A DNA stretch of 64,000 nt, taken from the NCBI GenBank assembly GCA_964016885.1, contig OZ024754.1, forward strand, positions 33,976,001-34,040,000, read 5' to 3'. Numbering within the stretch: the stretch's first letter is position 1; every line of letters starts with the position of its first letter. Origin of the DNA: Eledone cirrhosa (Eukaryota). The position numbers were made by a program, and so were the translations under genes. The notes under the pieces were generated by a model. That model worked only from the letters and a program-made list of their open reading frames with translations. It had not been told where the DNA came from and searched no databases. Shown one piece after another: positions 38,801 to 53,707 of this stretch.

Positions 38801-41800
38801 GCTAAAGGGTTAAAGAAAAATAAACAGCAGGATTACTATATATACTCAAACATAAGTCGATACAAATATAAGCTGACCCCATTATTTTATGTCTGAGAAA
38901 TGGGAAACAATCCAAACCTTATTTACGTAGAATTTGAAGTTGGTGAAAAATCATCAAAATATTGCCCCAGCAAATATAAGTTGACCCCCCCCCCCCCCCC
39001 CCTCGCACCTTCTACCATTAATTATTTGGTCACATATTCCTCAGCTTATATTCAAGTATATATAGTAATTCTAATTCCAAACTACAAAATCATGTGAAAA
39101 CATACCGCACTGTCTCATCATAGTTGTCTGGCATTACATCACCAATAGTTCGGTAAAACATAAAACCTACAATGGCTTTGGCATTTGGGTTTTTCTTGTG
39201 AGGAGGAATTGTAGCAACTGCAAGATAATGTTTCTTGTTGAAAATATATTCATTTATTTAAAAGAAGGTAAGTAATTCAAAGGCTGCAACAATGCAAATG
39301 GTGTGGTAAGATTTAAGATAAAAGAAGGTAACAAAGCTGTTCTGTTTTAACTGTTTTATATTTAACCATTAAGCATTTAAACTAGCTGTATCTGACCAGA
39401 ATTCTCTCACCTCTTCCTGTTCAAACCGGCTATAACTGGCCACTCATACTGATGAGAAGGTATTATTCTCAAAATAAATAATATCAAAATCTCATAGTAT
39501 ATATATAGAGTAATGTAAATGCTAAAGGGTAAATGTTAAAGGGTTAAATGTGACCTTAATTTTTTAGATAAAACATTTATTCATTTATTTATCAAGAATA
39601 CAATTTACAAATGTGACAAAAAGCAAAGAATTGTTGGACAGATTTTATGGGCAGCAAGATGGTTGGATAACATCCATGAGCTCAGCTGGTTTTGCTTGAG
39701 GATCCAACCAAATCAGTTAGCAACAGTTGCTTCTGACACGACCTGCTAGAAGGAGTGTTTGAGAACACTGCCCTCCCAACCCTCCCAGGAATAAGTGGAA
39801 GGAGGAGGAGGAGGAGGAGAAGAAGAAGTTATAGTTTTTTGGTTGTGTGTGGGAGTGTGTTTCTGTATGTTCTTCAACATATAGACAATGCAACATAGAC
39901 TTTAACAGGTTGTTGGTGTTATTGTTGAGAGAGAAATACAGTGAGAAAGAGAGAGTGTGTGATAGATAGACAGATAGCTAGAGAGTGTTTTCACCATAGT
40001 AACTAACGAATTTTGACTGAAATTGTGGGAATTTTAAATGCAAGTCTGTCAACACATGAGGATAAAGATGTGTGTGTGTGTATTTCTATATGGCCTCCAA
40101 CATATAGACAACACAGACTTCAAAAAAAGACCATGTCATTTGTCCATCACATATGTATATATATAATACATATAGTCATTTTTCGGTTGTTTGTTTGTGT
40201 GTGTGTGTGTGTGTATTTACTGGCAACATAGCAATAGGTAACAGCCTATTTGGAAATTAAAATCAGGGAAAAAATTTAGATAAGAAAAACTGAAAATTCA
40301 TGACAGTAAAACTTTAGGAATAAATCATACATACATAATTTTCTTCCTGTCACCAAGAGAGAATGGGGAAGTTGAATACTGGTATCTTTATCAAACATAG
40401 CAGTGTTTGGTACAATGTTGTCATACTTAGGAATTTGAACACCAGTGAAGTTCTGCAAACTGATTACATCAACAGCCAGGACTAAAATAATAAAAATAAA
40501 ATTAAGAATGTATTGGGAGTACTAATACAATTGCAAATTAGAAATATAATGGTGGAACTAGGGAAGAGTCAAATAAGAATGACAAAACAATAGTTTTTAC
40601 TCTACATTTCATATTTCATAATATTTCATATATTATATGTGATGCGTATGAAGGATGACAGCATAAAAAGGTGCAGAGCACTAAAAGTCGATGGAAGCCT
40701 GGGCGTAGGGAGACCCAAGAAGACCTGGGATGAGGTGATAAAAGCTGACCTTGCCCAATTGCACCTCTCAAAGATGATGACACAGGACCGAGACCTCTGG
40801 CGTTACACAGTAATACAGAAGACCCAACTTACCAGGGGTACAAGCCAAAGTTGAAGCATATAGACAATATGTCCTCACGCCCCTTCCACTGTAAAGGTGT
40901 CACAACAAAAAAAAAGCACCAATTTCACACTGTAAAGTGGTCAAGTAGGCGCCACGGTAAAAAAGCACCCAGTACTCACTGTAAATGAGGTTGGTGTTAG
41001 GAAGAGCATCCAGCCGTAGAAATTAAGCCCAAATCAGTGCTGTATGAGCAAGACAAGGTCACCTAACCTGGCATTGCCCACAACAGGACAACCCGTTTAA
41101 CCCATGCTAGCGTGAAAGAATGGACGTAAAACGGTGATGATGATGATGATGATGATTTCAGGGTTAGAACCTCTTTATCAAATGAAGAAAAATTGGAGAT
41201 TTTTGTTCTTACAAATTATTCTTTGTTGTATGGCTGACTGCTGGTGGAAAGGTGACTTGACAGACCCAATAACCAGTCGGCTCCATGTAGCTTAGATCTG
41301 TTGTTAATGCTAGGTTTATACTTGTTGATAAGAAGGGCCTCTTTGATCCACAGATTATCAATGTTCTTCTCAATGGCCTTTATGGTGATCTCATTGTCCC
41401 AGGTGTGGCATTTTAGTAGGTGTTTTTTTGACAGAGGAATCGCTTGTGTTTATATTTTCTTTGATCCATATGTGTAGCCTCTGCAGAGTTCCTCCAATGT
41501 ATGAGCCACCATATTTTTGGCAGGGAACCTTGTATATATATATATTTACTATATATACTCAAATATAAGACACCCCCAATCCCCTATTTTATGTCTGAGA
41601 AATAGGTTAAAATCCAAACCCCATTTATAAACCGAGGTAGCTAATCAACACATTGTTTAGATGGCGTATATAAGCCTATCTCTCATTTTACCATCAATTT
41701 TTTTATTATATATTCCTCAGCTTATATTTAAGTATATACAGAATGTTTGTTTTGTGAGATTCTTGATCTGAAGTCGTGTATTAAAACAGATATTGTTCTA

Positions 41801-44800
41801 CTTTGGGAGGGTCACACTACCAATTAAAACACATGCACTAGTTGAATTTCACTGCAACTTTATTGTTAATCAAGTAATTAATCCATCAGTCAATTGGCTA
41901 ATAAACTAATTAATTAATTATTGATAAGATCACAGACTGTGATTAAATCCAGTAAGAAAACAAAGAATATATACTGCTAGATTAAATCTAGATTTATAAC
42001 AAACATTAAAAGAGAAGTTTAGGTACAACTTACCAATATTTTCGGAAATAACTTGAAAAGGCCAAGATTGAGACAAGGACATGCTAGTAGCAAGAGTATG
42101 GAGGTAAGACTCAAAGAGAATAGTTAGAGCCATGGTGCCACCATTTCTTTTCAGTTGATTCCATTGATATCTGTATTTTCTATTGTATGAGTAACTCAGC
42201 GCTGTCAACATGTTCTGCAAAATAGAATTAAATCATGATGAACATCATTCCTCACCACCCTTTTAGGGACCCCAGGATCTCATGAGACCAAGGATCTACA
42301 CTTTCAAATTCCTCCCCAAGGTACATGTTTGGGTACCATTTTAGGGCCTCCCTAGGTCTTGTGAGACTAAGGATCTACACTTTGAAAGTTCATCTCCAAG
42401 TCACATGTCTGGGTACCATTTTTGGTAGTTGAGAGAGCTACAATATTATTTGTGAGAGCGCCTACATTATTTGAGAGAGAGCTCCTATATTATTTGAGAA
42501 AGCTCCTATATTATTTGAGAGGCCTCCTATATTATTTAAGAGAGCTCCTATATTATTTGAAAGAGCTCCTGTATTATTTGAGAGAGTTCCTATACACTTT
42601 AGTAGAGGCCACACAACAAAAAAATAAGCTGTTAATACCTTGATAAATTTCCGATCCTGTTCACTTGTAAGACTTAAACCTTCTTGTTTATTTTCATAAA
42701 ACAAAATCTGGTTTATAATTCTGACGATGATGCTGATGTCATTTCCATAGAGGTGTTTAGCTGAAGCTGCTGACTCAGCTAATTGGATCATCAATGTTTT
42801 AGATACATATGTATTTATTTTCAGAGAACCCTTTTCAATTTGTTGAATCTAGAGAGAAGAATTAGAAGAAATTAAAGTATTAACATTTTCATTGCCATAT
42901 TTCTAATGAAATATAGCAATGAAAATAATTCAAATAATTTTGAAAATAATCAAAAATTTAGCAGGATTTAATAATATAATTAACTTTCTCATTATTAAAC
43001 TGGTGTTTGGAAAAAACAAAATTATGATGTAAAGCTTTTAGATAAATATAAACACTTTAAAACAAACGGCTCTGTATTATAGGATCAGGGGTGTTTAGAA
43101 CATAACAAAGGTTCTTACATGAAATTATGATGGAAGGTTTTTAGATAAATATAAACACTTTAAAACAAACAGCTTTATACCATAGAATAATGGTCGAATT
43201 CAGGTGGTTTGGCATCAAGAGTGTTAAAAAAATAAAAACCATGCAAACAAATGTTGAATTGATATTGTCAAAACGCTCTTTGGAGTTTATGAATGAGTGA
43301 TTACTAATTAGAGTTTGATAATTAGTGCTTACTAATTAGTGTTTGATAATTATTAGAGGTTACTAATTAGTCAAAACATTGTTACATAGTTAAAAAAAGA
43401 ACAGAATTTGGAGTGTGCTAATTACTGGTTACTGATTACTGATTAGTGGTCACTAATTAGAGGTTACTAATTAATGGCTACTAATTAGTTAATATTATTT
43501 TAGAAACAAGGCGGTGGATTGGCAGTATTGGTAGAGTGTCGGATGCCATGCTTTGGCGCATAGAGTTATGGCCCTTGCCATTCTGAGTTCAAATCCCGCC
43601 GAGGTTAACTTTGCCTTTCATCCTTACGGGGTCGATAAAATAAAGTACGAGTAATACACTGGGTATTTGCTGGCCTTGTGCCTAACGTAGAAACAATTAT
43701 TTTAGAAACAATTATTTTAATTATTTTTCATACACTTTAATTCTTTATTTGGTGGTGATTTCTGATCATAGAACCTTTTGTTGATTAAAAAATTTAAAAA
43801 ATTTATGGGGGAGAGGTATCATTCTATATCAAAGGTTCTCAAACTTTTGGGGCCACCACCCAACCCTCACGGCCATGTAATACCCTCAGCGCTCCCACTC
43901 TTATTTCCAGAGAGACCTGTCTACATGCAAATTGTAAATAATATATAATAAATAAAATCCTTAATTTATACATAATGATTTCTAGTATAGGCACAAGGCC
44001 AGTAATTAGGGGGGAGGGGAAAGTTGATTAAATCGACCCCAGTACGTTGCTGGTACTCTATTTTATCAAACCCATAAGGATGGAAGACAAAGTTAACCTC
44101 AGCGGGATTTGAACTCAAACCGTAAAGGACCATAACTCTATACTGCAAAGCATGGTGTCCGACTCTAGTTTATATATAAAAGATAATATAATATATACTA
44201 CCTATAAATGAATATTATATATTTTTTATTTTACTATATTTATATATAATATGTATCATTTGATATTTAATATACTATTATATCATCTCTACAGGGCCCC
44301 ACCAGCTCCTTGGGCGCCAGTGCCCCACTGGACCTTAAGAGTTAAATCATTCAGTTTTAATACATACCTGACTTTGCAAATTTATGAATTCCCTGCTGGT
44401 GCAATGGAAGAGATTTGGAGGAAGCCAGCTGTTTAATTTGGTGCAGTTTCGTTTAGCATCGCCTGAAATAGAAAGTTACTCAGAAATTAAATTTCTCACT
44501 CTTTCAGTAATTCTTATATTTTTTTTATATCAATTAACAACAACAACAACAATCTTTTTACATTCATTTTCCCTGCCTAAGCAGAGGTTAGCTTTGCAGG
44601 CCCCATCAGAGGGGGTCTTTTTGAAGCAATATTTTACAATCATATACCCTTCCAAGTACAAATCATTTTAGTCCCCTTGTTATGATACCCATGGATAAGG
44701 GTCTACCTATTACAGAGTGTACTGGGTGCATCTTTAATCGTAGCACTACCACTTTAGAAAAGATACCTATTACACTCCTGGTTAAGGAGTTAATTTTACA

Positions 44801-47800
44801 ACCACTTATCTTCAGATTTACTCACACTGTGTGGTAACTTAAGCAAGTGTCATGTTTTCTACTATAGCTTCAGGTTGGACCAATGCCTTGTGAGTGAAAT
44901 TTGGTAGACAGAAACCATGTGGAAGTCTATCGTGCCTGCGTATGTGTCTGGAAGGGGTGCATGTGTGTGTGTGTATGTATGTTTAGATTTACTGTTTGCT
45001 TATGTTCCCTAACTTAGCAGTTCAACAAAAGGAGATTGATAAAATAAGTAGCAGACATGAAAAAGATAAATACCGGTGGATCAACCAAAAGCCCATCAAT
45101 GCCAATGGCAGTGCCCCAGCATGGCCTGGAACACTTAAAAGAATATGCCCCAGTATGGCCACAATCTAATGACTAAAAACAGTAAAAGAATAAAAGAATA
45201 TATATACCAATTGCTCCTGTTGGACAATCCTGAACTGCGATTTCATTGATAAAGGTGCGGTCCCACCACTGTCCTTTTGCATAACTCCTGGGACACACAT
45301 CATAAACAACTGAAAGAGATAGAGAGTGACATAAGTATTAAATATTGCACAATAGTTAAATAAAGTAAAGGTGTGTGGCTTAGTGGTTAGGGTGTTTGGT
45401 TCATGATTGTAAAGTTGTGATTTCAATTCTTGGTAGTGTGTTGAGTCCTCGAGCAAGATACTTTATTTCATGTTGGTCCTGTTCACTCAGCTGTCAAAGA
45501 TGAGTTGTACTTGTAATTCAAGGGCCCAACCTTATCACACATTGTGTCCTGCTGAATCTTCCTGAGAACTACATTAAGGGTACACATGTCTGTGAAATTC
45601 TCAGCCACTTGCACCTTAATTTCCCAAGGGAACTCAATACCATCACTACCAACAACAACAACACCACAAACACCAGCAGCAACAACAACAACACTACTAC
45701 CACCAACAACAACAATACCAACAACAACAACACTGCCACCATCACCACCAACAACAATAATACTACCACCAACACCAACAACAATGACAACACCACCACT
45801 AACAACAACAACAAAACCAAAACTATATAATTTACCTCTACATCCAGTTTCATGTACCTCTGCAAAGGGGCTGAGGCAGCTGTCACATCTTCGACCCACA
45901 ACTCCTTTCCTACAGTCACACTGACCAGTGATAGGGTCACATGACTGTCCAGTGGAACCAACTCGGTAACAATTACAAGGGTAGCACTGCTCCTCATTTA
46001 GGGGTTTGTAGTGATTTCTCTGGAATTGAAGAGAGAAATATAATGTAGCTTCATTACCACCACTGCCACTACCATAAATTTCACATTGAAAGTGAAACAG
46101 GTGTAATATTCACCCCCAAAGTGAAACAGGTGTAATATTCACCCCCAAAGTGAAACAGGTGTAATATTCACCCCCAAAGTGAAACTGGTGTAATATTCAC
46201 CCCCAAAGTGAAACAGGTGTAATATTCACCCCCAAAGTGAAACTGGTGTAATATTCACCCCCAAAGTGAAACTGGTGTAATATTCACCCCCAAAGTGAAA
46301 CTGGTGTAATATTCACCCCCAAAGTGAAACTGGTGTAATATTCACCCCCAAAGTGAAACTGGTGTAATATTCACCCCAAAGTGAAACTGGTGTAATATTC
46401 ACCTCCAAAGTGAAACTGGTGTAATATTCACCTCCAAAGTGAAACAGGTGTAATATTCACCCCCAAAGTGAAACTGGTGTAATATTCACCCCCAAAGTGA
46501 AACTGGTGTAATATTCACCCCCAAAGTGAAACTGGTGTAATATTCACCCCCAAAGTGAAACTGGTGTAATATTCACCCCCAAAGTGAAACTGGTGTAATA
46601 TTCACCCCCAAAGTGAAACTGGTGTAATATTCACCTCCAAAGTGAAACTGGTGTAATATTCACCTCCAAAGTGAAACAGGTGTAATATTCACCCCCAAAG
46701 TGAAACTGGTGTAATATTCACCCCCAAAGTGAAACTGGTGTAATATTCACCCCCAAAGTGAAACTGGTGTAATATTCACCCCCAAAGTGAAACTGGTGTA
46801 ATATTCACCTCCAAAGTGAAACCAGGTGTAATATTCACCCCCAAAGTGAAACCAGGTGTAATATTTACCCCCAAAGTGAAACCAGGTGTAATATTCACCT
46901 CCAAAGTGAAACAGGTGTAATATTTACCCCCAAAGTGAAACCAGGTGTAATATTCACCTCCAAAGTGAAATTGGGGTAATATTCACCTCCAAAGTGAAAC
47001 CAGGTGTAATATTTACCTCCAAAGTGAAACCAGGTGTAATATTCACCTCCAAAGTGAAACCAGGTGTAATATTTACCTCCAAAGTGAAACAGGGGTAATA
47101 TTCACCTCCAAAGTGAAACCAGGTGTAATATTCACCTCCAAAGTGAAACCAGGTGTAATATTCACCTCCAAAGTGAAACTGGTGTAATATTCACCTCCAA
47201 AGTGAAACTGGTGTAATATTCACCTCCAAAGTGAAACCAGGTGTAATATTTACCTCCAAAGTGAAACTGGGGTAATATTTACCTCCAAAGTGAAACCAGG
47301 TGTAATATTTACCTCCAAAGTGAAACCAGGTGTAATATTCACCTCCAAAGTGAAACTGGGGTAATATTTACCTCCAAAGTGAAACCAGGTGTAATATTCA
47401 CCTCCAAAGTGAAACCAGGTGTAATATTCACCTCCAAAGTGAAACCAGGTGTAATATTTACCTCCAAAGTGAAACTGGGGTAATATTTACCTCCAAAGTG
47501 AAACCAGGTGTAATATTTACCTCCAAAGTGAAACCAGGTGTAATATTCACCTCCAAAGTGAAACCAGGTGTAATATTTACCTCCAAAGTGAAACCAGGTG
47601 TAATATTCACCTCCAAAGTGAAACTGGGGTAATATTCACCTCCAAAGTGAAACTGGGGTAATATTCACCTCCAAAGTGAAACTGGGGTAATATTTACCTC
47701 CAAAGTGAAACCAGGTGTAATATTCACCTCCAAAGTGAAACCAGGTGTAATATTTACCTCCAAAGTGAAACTGGGGTAATATTCACCTCCAAAGTGAAAC

Positions 47801-50800
47801 CAGGTGTAATATTTACCTCCAAAGTGAAACCAGGTGTAATATTCACCTCCAAAGTGAAACTGGGGTAATATTCACCTCCAAAGTGAAACCAGGTGTAATA
47901 TTCACCTCCAAAGTGAAACCAGGTGTAATATTCACCTCCAAAGTGAAACCAGGTGTAATATTCACCTCCAAAGTGAAACCAGGTGTAATATTTACCTCCA
48001 AAGTGAAACCAGGTGTAATATTCACCTCCAAAGTGAAACCAGGTGTAATATTCACCTCCAAAGTGAAACCAGGTGTAATATTCACCACCAAAGTGAACCT
48101 CATCCCCTCCCCGCATAAAACATTTTTGCCAATCAAGCACTCTAGAAACAATAACAACAACAATAATAATAATGGTTTCTTATTTAGGCACAAGGCCAGC
48201 AATTTTTTGGGGGGAGGGAAAAGTCGATGAAATTGACTCCAGTGCGTGACTGGTACTTTATTTTATCGACCCCGTAAGGATGAAAGGCAAAGTTAACCTC
48301 GGCGGGATTTGAACTCAGATCATAAAGGGCCGTAACTCTATGCTGCATCCGACCGTCTACCGATACTGCCAATCCACCGCCTAACAACTATAATAATAAT
48401 AACAACAACTATAATAACTACAATAACAGTAATAATAATAACAATACAAACTTTGCATGAACAAGCTCCTGTTGATTTATCACAAACTGGGTCAAACCCC
48501 TTCTTTCTGTTACAGTTGCAGGGTCCACAAATAGGATATCCCCACCATGATGCTGGACAGGGCTGCAGCAGGCTTATTTCACAGTACCGACCTAGTTGTA
48601 AGTGGCCACATTCACAAGAGTAAGTAGTTTCCTGGCCAGTAGGGCGATGACATATACCCATGTTTTGACAGGGGTTGAAATTGTCGCAAACATCAGTGCA
48701 GTTGGAACCAATACGGCCTAGTAACAAGAAATAGAAGATTAATAGAGGAAAAAACAAACATCATTCACAACAAAGACACTTATGTATCCAATCCAGGGCC
48801 GTTGTACTTCTATTGGACAAACCCATCCCTGGTTGACCTCCACCACTTTTGGTTTGGTTTTGGTCGTGCCCAGGGTGTAGCTGTACTCAGCACACTTGAC
48901 CTATTGCTGGTTGGTGAGGCTATTTAACCCAGAGTTGGGGTGAGTGGCCGTTGACTCTGAGGAGTTCAATTGCCTTTTTAACAGCTTTTGTTTTTTGTGC
49001 AGTTGGGGTTCCACTTACCCTCCTCACCAGATCAAGTCTGGAGGGTGAACCGGTTTAGTTGGCGACTACTCAACCATGAAGCCGGTTGCACTAGGTTACA
49101 TTTATATATATCGAATGGAAAATGTTATATAAAATAATGTTTCATTCACAAGGAGGGGGGGGGGGTTGCTTGAAACATCATAGAAAGTAAAGAAAACAGT
49201 ATTTTAGAAGGCTACAACAATGAAGATAGAACATAAAGTATTAAAAATAGTTATAACAAAGGTGTTGGAATGTTAACTTGGAAATATTTAATCACCCCTT
49301 TGGATTTTGGGAATACAACCCCCTTGTCAAAAGAAAAAGTTTTTAAGAAACTAATATCAGAGTAGAAAAAATGTTTATTACTACTACTATACTACTACTA
49401 CAAATGCAAAAATAGATAAATACTCTACATTCCATTATTAACACCGTTCACAGCTCAAATACCGCCATATGAAGTAAAGACATTTTTTTTCTATTCCAAC
49501 ATAAGTTTCTTAAATTTTTTTCCAGCCATCTATTCACTGCCACATGGTTCCAGTCAAGCCATAGGCACACAGCCCTGGATCCAGAACATGACAACAAAAC
49601 TTTCAAATAAATAACAAATTACTTAGATTACCTGGTAAACATTGACAACTATATTGTTCCCACTCATTTATACAGGTATTTGGACGACAAGGGTTATCGT
49701 GTTGGCATGGATCATGAACTTTGCACCCACGATCGGCTTGGTAGACACGTGGACTATTGACTAACAATGAGTTTGATAATGAATTGCCAATACGAAAACT
49801 CTGGAATAGAAACAAAGAGGAAAAAAATATAGAAACCAAATGTTAGAAATTAATATAAACCAAACTGAAAATAAATTGATTGCTAGACTAGTTCACTCAT
49901 GTATAATATAGTTACATACATGCATATATACATATACATACACATATATGACTGTATACCCAACACCAACCATATCACAGATTGTACTGGGTGCATTTTA
50001 TCTAGCACTGAAGCTGGTACTTTCTTTATCAACGCCCAAAAGATGAAAGACAAAGTGGACTTTGGTGGGATTTGAACTCATAAAGCTGAGACCCTAACCC
50101 TTGTCCAACACTAATGACTGTCATATTGCTAATATGATAATGTAACAATAAACAATATAGAATAAGATGATTTGATAAATTTAATCACCCAGGGTCTGTT
50201 CTAAGGAAATTTTAGCACTGCACAAATCATTGTAAGGGAAAAGTATAGACAATTCTATGAGAATGTGAAGAATTTGTAATGGCTATTTCTAACATTTTAT
50301 TAGTGTTTTAAGTCTTTTATCCATCATTTACCATGTAAATATATGCAGTATTTGACACCAAATGTGGATAAAATCCTACTGGACAAAATCAAATCTAGAA
50401 CTACACAAGCAGGGGTCAACTGCATATTAAAGTAATTACTGGTACTCACCCGAATACACCCAACAAAATGGTCGGTGAAGGTAGTACTATCTTTAGAACG
50501 AGCACCAATATAGATTCGAGAAATCTCTTTACCCAGTATATCAGAAGAAATCTTTCCCACTTCCTGCAAATAGATAATAGAAAGATAAAAGACGATGAAA
50601 TTAAGAATATGAATAACAACAGCATAACAATTTTAGAATTGTGTACTGGTATGTCTAGCAAGTGACTTGATCAGAAACTGTGTTGTACATGACTGGCAGG
50701 TGACTTGATCTGAGACCATGTGTTTTACTTGTCAGGCAAGTGACTTGATCTGAGATTGTGTTTTTTACATGACTGCCAAATGACTTGATCTGAGACTGTG

Positions 50801-53650
50801 TGTTGTACTTGACTGGCAAGTGACTTGATCTGAGATTGTGTTTTTTACATGACTGCCAAATGACTTGATCTGAGACTGTGTGTTGTACTTGACTGGCAAG
50901 TGACTTGATCTGAGACTGTGTTGTACTTGTCAGGCAAGTGACTTGATCTGAGATTGTGTTTTTTACATGACTGCCAAATGACTTGATCTGAGACTGTGTG
51001 TTGTACTTGACTGGCAAGTGACTTGATCTGAGACTGTGTTGTACTTGTCAGGCAAGTGACTTGATCTGAGATTGTGTTTTTTACATGACTGCCAAATGAC
51101 TTGATCTGAGACTGTGTTGTACTTGTCTGGCAAGTGACTTGATCTGAGATTGTGTGTTGTACTTGTCTGGCAAGTGACTTGATCTGAGACTGCATATTGT
51201 ACTTGTCTGGCAAGTGACTTGATCTGAGATTGTGTGTTGAAACTAAAGCAATTACATCATAGAAAAGTCATTTTATCAGTTCAAAAACACACGAAAATCT
51301 ATTAATTTCACTTTCATGATCCCTGTTTAACGTCCATTTTCCATGCTTGCATGGATTAGACAGGTCATCCACACCAAGAGACAAGTCTGGCCAGAATTGT
51401 CCATGCCATGCCTTGCTCCAATGGGACTGTAAATTGACAGGGTTTTTACAGCTGGATGCCAACCACATTTATAGTGTGGAACTGGATGGCATCGCTATGA
51501 GAGACAGGCCAGTTGGCAGCACTAAATACTTCTACTTCCTTCCACATTCATTTCCATCACTCCTTTCACCTAATCACTTTCATCCTCCCTCACATGACCT
51601 AACCATCACATTCCATTTCTCTTCACAACATTCATTACTAGCTCTATTCCTCTCACCCAGTCACTTCTATCCTTCCTCATCACATGACCCAACCATCACA
51701 TTCCATTTCTCTTCACAACATTCATTACTAGTTCTATTCCTCTCACTCAGTCACTTCTATCCTTCCTCATCACATGACCCAACCATCCCATTCCATTTCT
51801 CTTCACAACATTCATTACTAGCTCTATTCCTCTCACCCAGTCACTTCTATCTTTCCTCATCACATGACCCAACCATCCCATTCCATTTCTCTTCACAACA
51901 TTCATTACTAGCTCTATTCCTCTCACCCAGTCACTTCTATCCTTCCTCATCACATGACCCAACCATCTCATTCCATTTCTCTTCACAATAGTCATCACTG
52001 GCTCTAATCCCATCATCCTCTACAATTCATTGTTTGTCTTCCTCTCTGCCAGCAATACTCCACTTATCCATCAGGCATTTCTCATTTCTTTTATTTACAA
52101 CCTTCTCTGCTTCTCCATGTTCATCACTCATGTCTCTCTCTCATAAAATATGGTATTTCTCACAAATGCACCATACACTTTTCCCTTCAGTATCTATAAC
52201 ACTCCCCTCCTCATTAGTACACCACTCAGTTCCTGGAACTTCTTTCATTCACATCTCACTCTAGATAATTGTTTCTACTTTTGGCACAAGGCCAGCAAAT
52301 AACCCAGCACATTACTGGTACTTTATTTTATCGACCCCGTAAGGATGAAAGGCAAAGTTAACCTCGGCGGGATTTGAACTCAGATCGTAAAGGGACGTAA
52401 CTGTGCTGGAAAGCATGGCGTCCGACCCTCCACTGATACTGCCAATCCACCATAATTCAACATGTCTCCCTAGGTAACAGAACATTTTCACACCTTCCAT
52501 CTTCACACCATTCCCAAGATTCAGCTCAACACCCTTCCCCATCTGAATCTCCCACCATATATACCTAATACAGAAATGTAGATGCCACATTATTTACTGT
52601 ATTATACTTGAATATAAGCTGAGGGATATGTGACCCCAAAATTGATTGTCTGCTTATATTCAGGGTCAATATTTTGACAATTTTCACCAACATCAAATTC
52701 TATGTAAATAAGGTTTGGATTTTTGCCCATTTCTCAGGCGTAAAAATTGATATCGGTCAGCTTAAATTCGTATAATCTTATATTCAAGTATATGCAGGTA
52801 ATAATCCTCTCACATTACTTACCATAGTATCATTGATATAGTCTACTGTAATACTAAGTTCTTCTTGATACCAGCTTGTTTGTACATAATGCCATTTACC
52901 ATCATTAACAGGACTGTGTTGGAATACAATGGTTTGTTGGCGGAATTTGTATGTCACAAAACCATCCTTCAGCTGTAACAAGAAATCAAAAAAAGTCAAC
53001 ACAAAACAATTAGTTATTTAATAGAAAACAGCTACCTAACTCCATTCCTTGTCTCCTTCCTCTCTTACTTATTCTACAATCTTTCTGGTAAGCCTTATGG
53101 CAGTTATAGTCCTGTCTACTTTATCAAGTATCACAATAAAAAGCACCCAGTACACTCTGTAAAGGTGCTGGTAGTGCTACCAGAGCTTTGAGAAAGTAAC
53201 ACCAAATTTCAGCCCAGAGCATATCAATGGATCGAAACAACAAAAGTAAGCTTTATTTCATCTTTATGTTATTTTGCTTTTTCTGTTCAACTTCTAGCTG
53301 TCTGATTAGGTCATAGCTGTTGTGTAACAGTTACCACCGAAATATATATAGCAGCGATTATGAATAAACAAAGTTAATTATAACCTGTTGACTTATACTT
53401 CATGTATATATATATATAGATATACATATATATATGGGATAACAAATTATCTTTATTGGTAATCCAGTTAGAGGTTGTGAGTACTCTGTATTATGGATAG
53501 TTTTAAAGTATGGCGTTGTTTGACTCAACAAGAGGTTTCCTTAGTTAGGTGGCGAGCTCACGGGAATTCCTACGCAGGTTAATCTTGGAGTAACATGGTC
53601 AACATGTTATTCTTCACTCTTTCACTACACACACATATATATATATATAC

Positions 53651-53707
<57 letters not shown>

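Noticed and set aside
48985-49100. Possible HDV-like ribozyme (minus strand ...GCCAA-CTAA-ACCGGTT)
   Set aside because: Could not assemble P1/P3 with correct spacing; at best a truncated retroelement UTR
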